A DNA stretch of 63,516 nucleotides, counting the filler, from Squatina squatina (taxonomy: Eukaryota): the NCBI GenBank assembly GCA_031763465.1. It is 4 parts of 4 records of this genome, joined end to end, with 100 filler letters (N's around TTAATTAATTAA, not from the genome) between each part and the next. Parts side by side here need not be neighbours in the genome. Positions count along the whole stretch, not along the records: positions 49,490 to 63,516 come from JARFOE010000038.1; 3 more parts are not named here. The stretch is one strand, 5' to 3'. A program made the position numbers and the translations under genes. Under the pieces are notes generated by a model. That model saw only the letters and a list, made by a program, of their open reading frames with translations, did no database searches and was not told the DNA's origin. Below are positions 61,401 to 63,516 of this stretch, in pieces. The stretch's first letter is position 1. Each line of letters starts with the position of its first letter.

Positions 61401-63516
61401 AGTTATTCTTCCTGTGCAACCTAGGCACTGAATGTTACCAGGCTACAGTGAAGGGCACAATAGATTGGTGAAATCCTGTGCACATGCATCCTAAACAGAA
61501 GAAACCCAAGGGCCTGGAGGCCATCGGACTGCTACCGTCTCTCAGCTCAGCCTGGGATCTTCCTAATCTGTAAGCGTAACCTTGGAACACATTTTAAACA
61601 GTGCTCTCCTTTTAAACGACCGCAAACAATGCACTAAAAGACACAGACAGGATTGTAGCAACTTTTATGTTGAAATCTGACAAAAAACACAGAACAAAAA
61701 AATTAATATCAAAACATCAATCCAGCTCATATCAATAGTCATTAAAAGAAAATGTCAGCATCGATGGTTCTGCTGTAGACGTCCTCAGCTAGACAATCAA
61801 AAACCATTTTTTAAGCACATGTCACACACAGAGGTCCGTCAACACTGTTTCAATGCTCCTGCAACAACTTAACCTAGCTCTGGATTTGTGAAAAAAAGAA
61901 TCTGATTAATAGAACAGCTTGCCCAACAGCAAGAAAAGAAACACAAAAGAAATGTGCACCTGGATAATTTGACTCTTATAAAGCTTTTCCCGGAGTGAGG
62001 TTAAGGTCTCTCAGGGTATAGGTTTGTAAATACATAAAACAGTTCCAGGTACTTTCCTGTTAACTAGAGATGTCGCAGCATGTGCACCATAATCCACCTA
62101 AACTCCCAACTTTTTGGGATCAAAGATCCATTGCTGCGATTAAACACAGTGCTCTTTTTAAAAGCACCGCAATAAGCGAACTTGGAAACAAGAGGGAGTG
62201 AAGCTGTGAGCAGAACTGCTCCCCATTTAACTGTGGTGTTAAACTAAAATTGCCCCACAGCAGCAGGCACATCGCAACAGTCTCTTTCTGCCTCGCTGCA
62301 GAAGTTCCATCCTTTCCCACCATGACACCCCGAATCCCACGGTAAAATAAAGTCGATGGTTTAGGGACAATTGTTTTACACTCCATTATTAAAACATTGT
62401 CTACCTGTAGATATAAAAAACTATTATATGACCTCTCTAGAACGCTGTCTTTCGGAGCGGCGTGCAAAGACCGGCCCAATCAGGGACGGGTTTCGGTGGC
62501 TTTTCCACTAACATGAAGCTATACGCACTGTGAGCTGGGAATGTCAGAGTACGCTACAGTGAAAACATTCTATACAGGTTCTCTATGTCTTTATAAGTGT
62601 CACTTAAGAATGGGCTTTTGATCTTGCTGCCGACATAATGAAACATGGAAATATATCTCAAAAATACTGTAGATTCATATGCCGACATCAATAGATTTGA
62701 TCCACGTTTGTGGGACTCGATGGAATTCAGAGTTGGGAAGAGAGGGTGTTTGGAAAGCAAAAGCAAACTCCAACGGAGCTGCTGGAGTGGCTTGGTCCGA
62801 ATTCTTAGAAATAAAGCATCTTTAGGTCGAGTGCAGACTCCGAGCTGCCCCGCCAGGTTGTACTTTACTGGGTTTGCCTACATTAGTAGTCCCCAGACCA
62901 GTTTCTCCTTTATCGACTGTTCTGGTTTCTCTCACCCAGTTCACTGCCCTAATGGGCATTGCCAACGCTTTGCCGTTATTCTGAAATCCTATCAGCTTGA
63001 GTTGAACTGCCGAGGAGCAGCAGCTTACTGTATGCTTGCACTGTCCGTAGAAGGCTGGGAATGATGCATGGAATTTTGGCAGAGCTACCGTTCCCCTATC
63101 CAATGTCTTTTAACCGATTCCAATGGGAGTACACCTCATAAAAGAGCAGGTATTTATTGGAGGGGGAACATTCTCCTCTTCCTACATTGCCAGATTTTGC
63201 CCCACAAGTATTTTCAGCTGAAGCAATAAGCGTTTGCACACATCTGCTAGACTAAACAGGGACTCGATGTTCTTGTTCTTCTGGAGAATTAACTAGTAAT
63301 TGGATGCAATCTCCTCCGGCAACAGAACAAATCACTACAAAATTAGTCACTGCAGCAAAATTGTACGCTCATGTGCCCTTCCTCCCTTATTTCCTTTTGT
63401 GTTTGCATGTGGGCATATTGCTGAATTACAGGAACTCGGGTGTTAAATTCCAGTTCTTCATTTGCAGCATTTAAACATTTAGAACTCTAATTTTAAACAG
63501 AAGAACATTTAAGATG

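Overview
This is vertebrate genomic DNA, most likely from a shark or ray, judged from the repeats (Deu-domain SacSINE1-like SINEs, CR1/HER1-like and L2 LINEs, Harbinger elements). It is not one locus. Four unrelated, gap-rich scaffolds are joined by artificial 100-bp N44-TTAATTAATTAA-N44 linkers at 15890, 32364 and 49390, and the internal 100-N and 10-N gaps are nominal, so many exons are missing and distances are unreliable. Scaffold 1 (1-15889) holds the CUX1 CASP-isoform terminal exon, SH2B2 and a divergent PPTC7-like gene. Scaffold 2 (15990-32363) holds the MBTPS1 last exon, an ADGRG3-like adhesion GPCR exon, three exons of an EGF+ZP (ZPD-like) gene, a Harbinger transposase and the last two FA2H exons. 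Scaffold 3 (32464-49389) has no recognisable host exons, only repeats, Harbinger Myb/SANT relics and enhancer-like unique sequence. Scaffold 4 (49490-63516) holds a ZBED1-like hAT-derived ORF, the LRRC4B C-terminus and two stabilin-like exons. The best leads are a probable PPTC7 ohnolog beside CUX1-SH2B2, a stabilin linked to LRRC4B, an apparently domesticated non-catalytic ZBED1-like gene, a chondrichthyan ZPD and a Penelope-type minimal hammerhead motif. Gene names rest on recalled reference protein sequences; no search was run.
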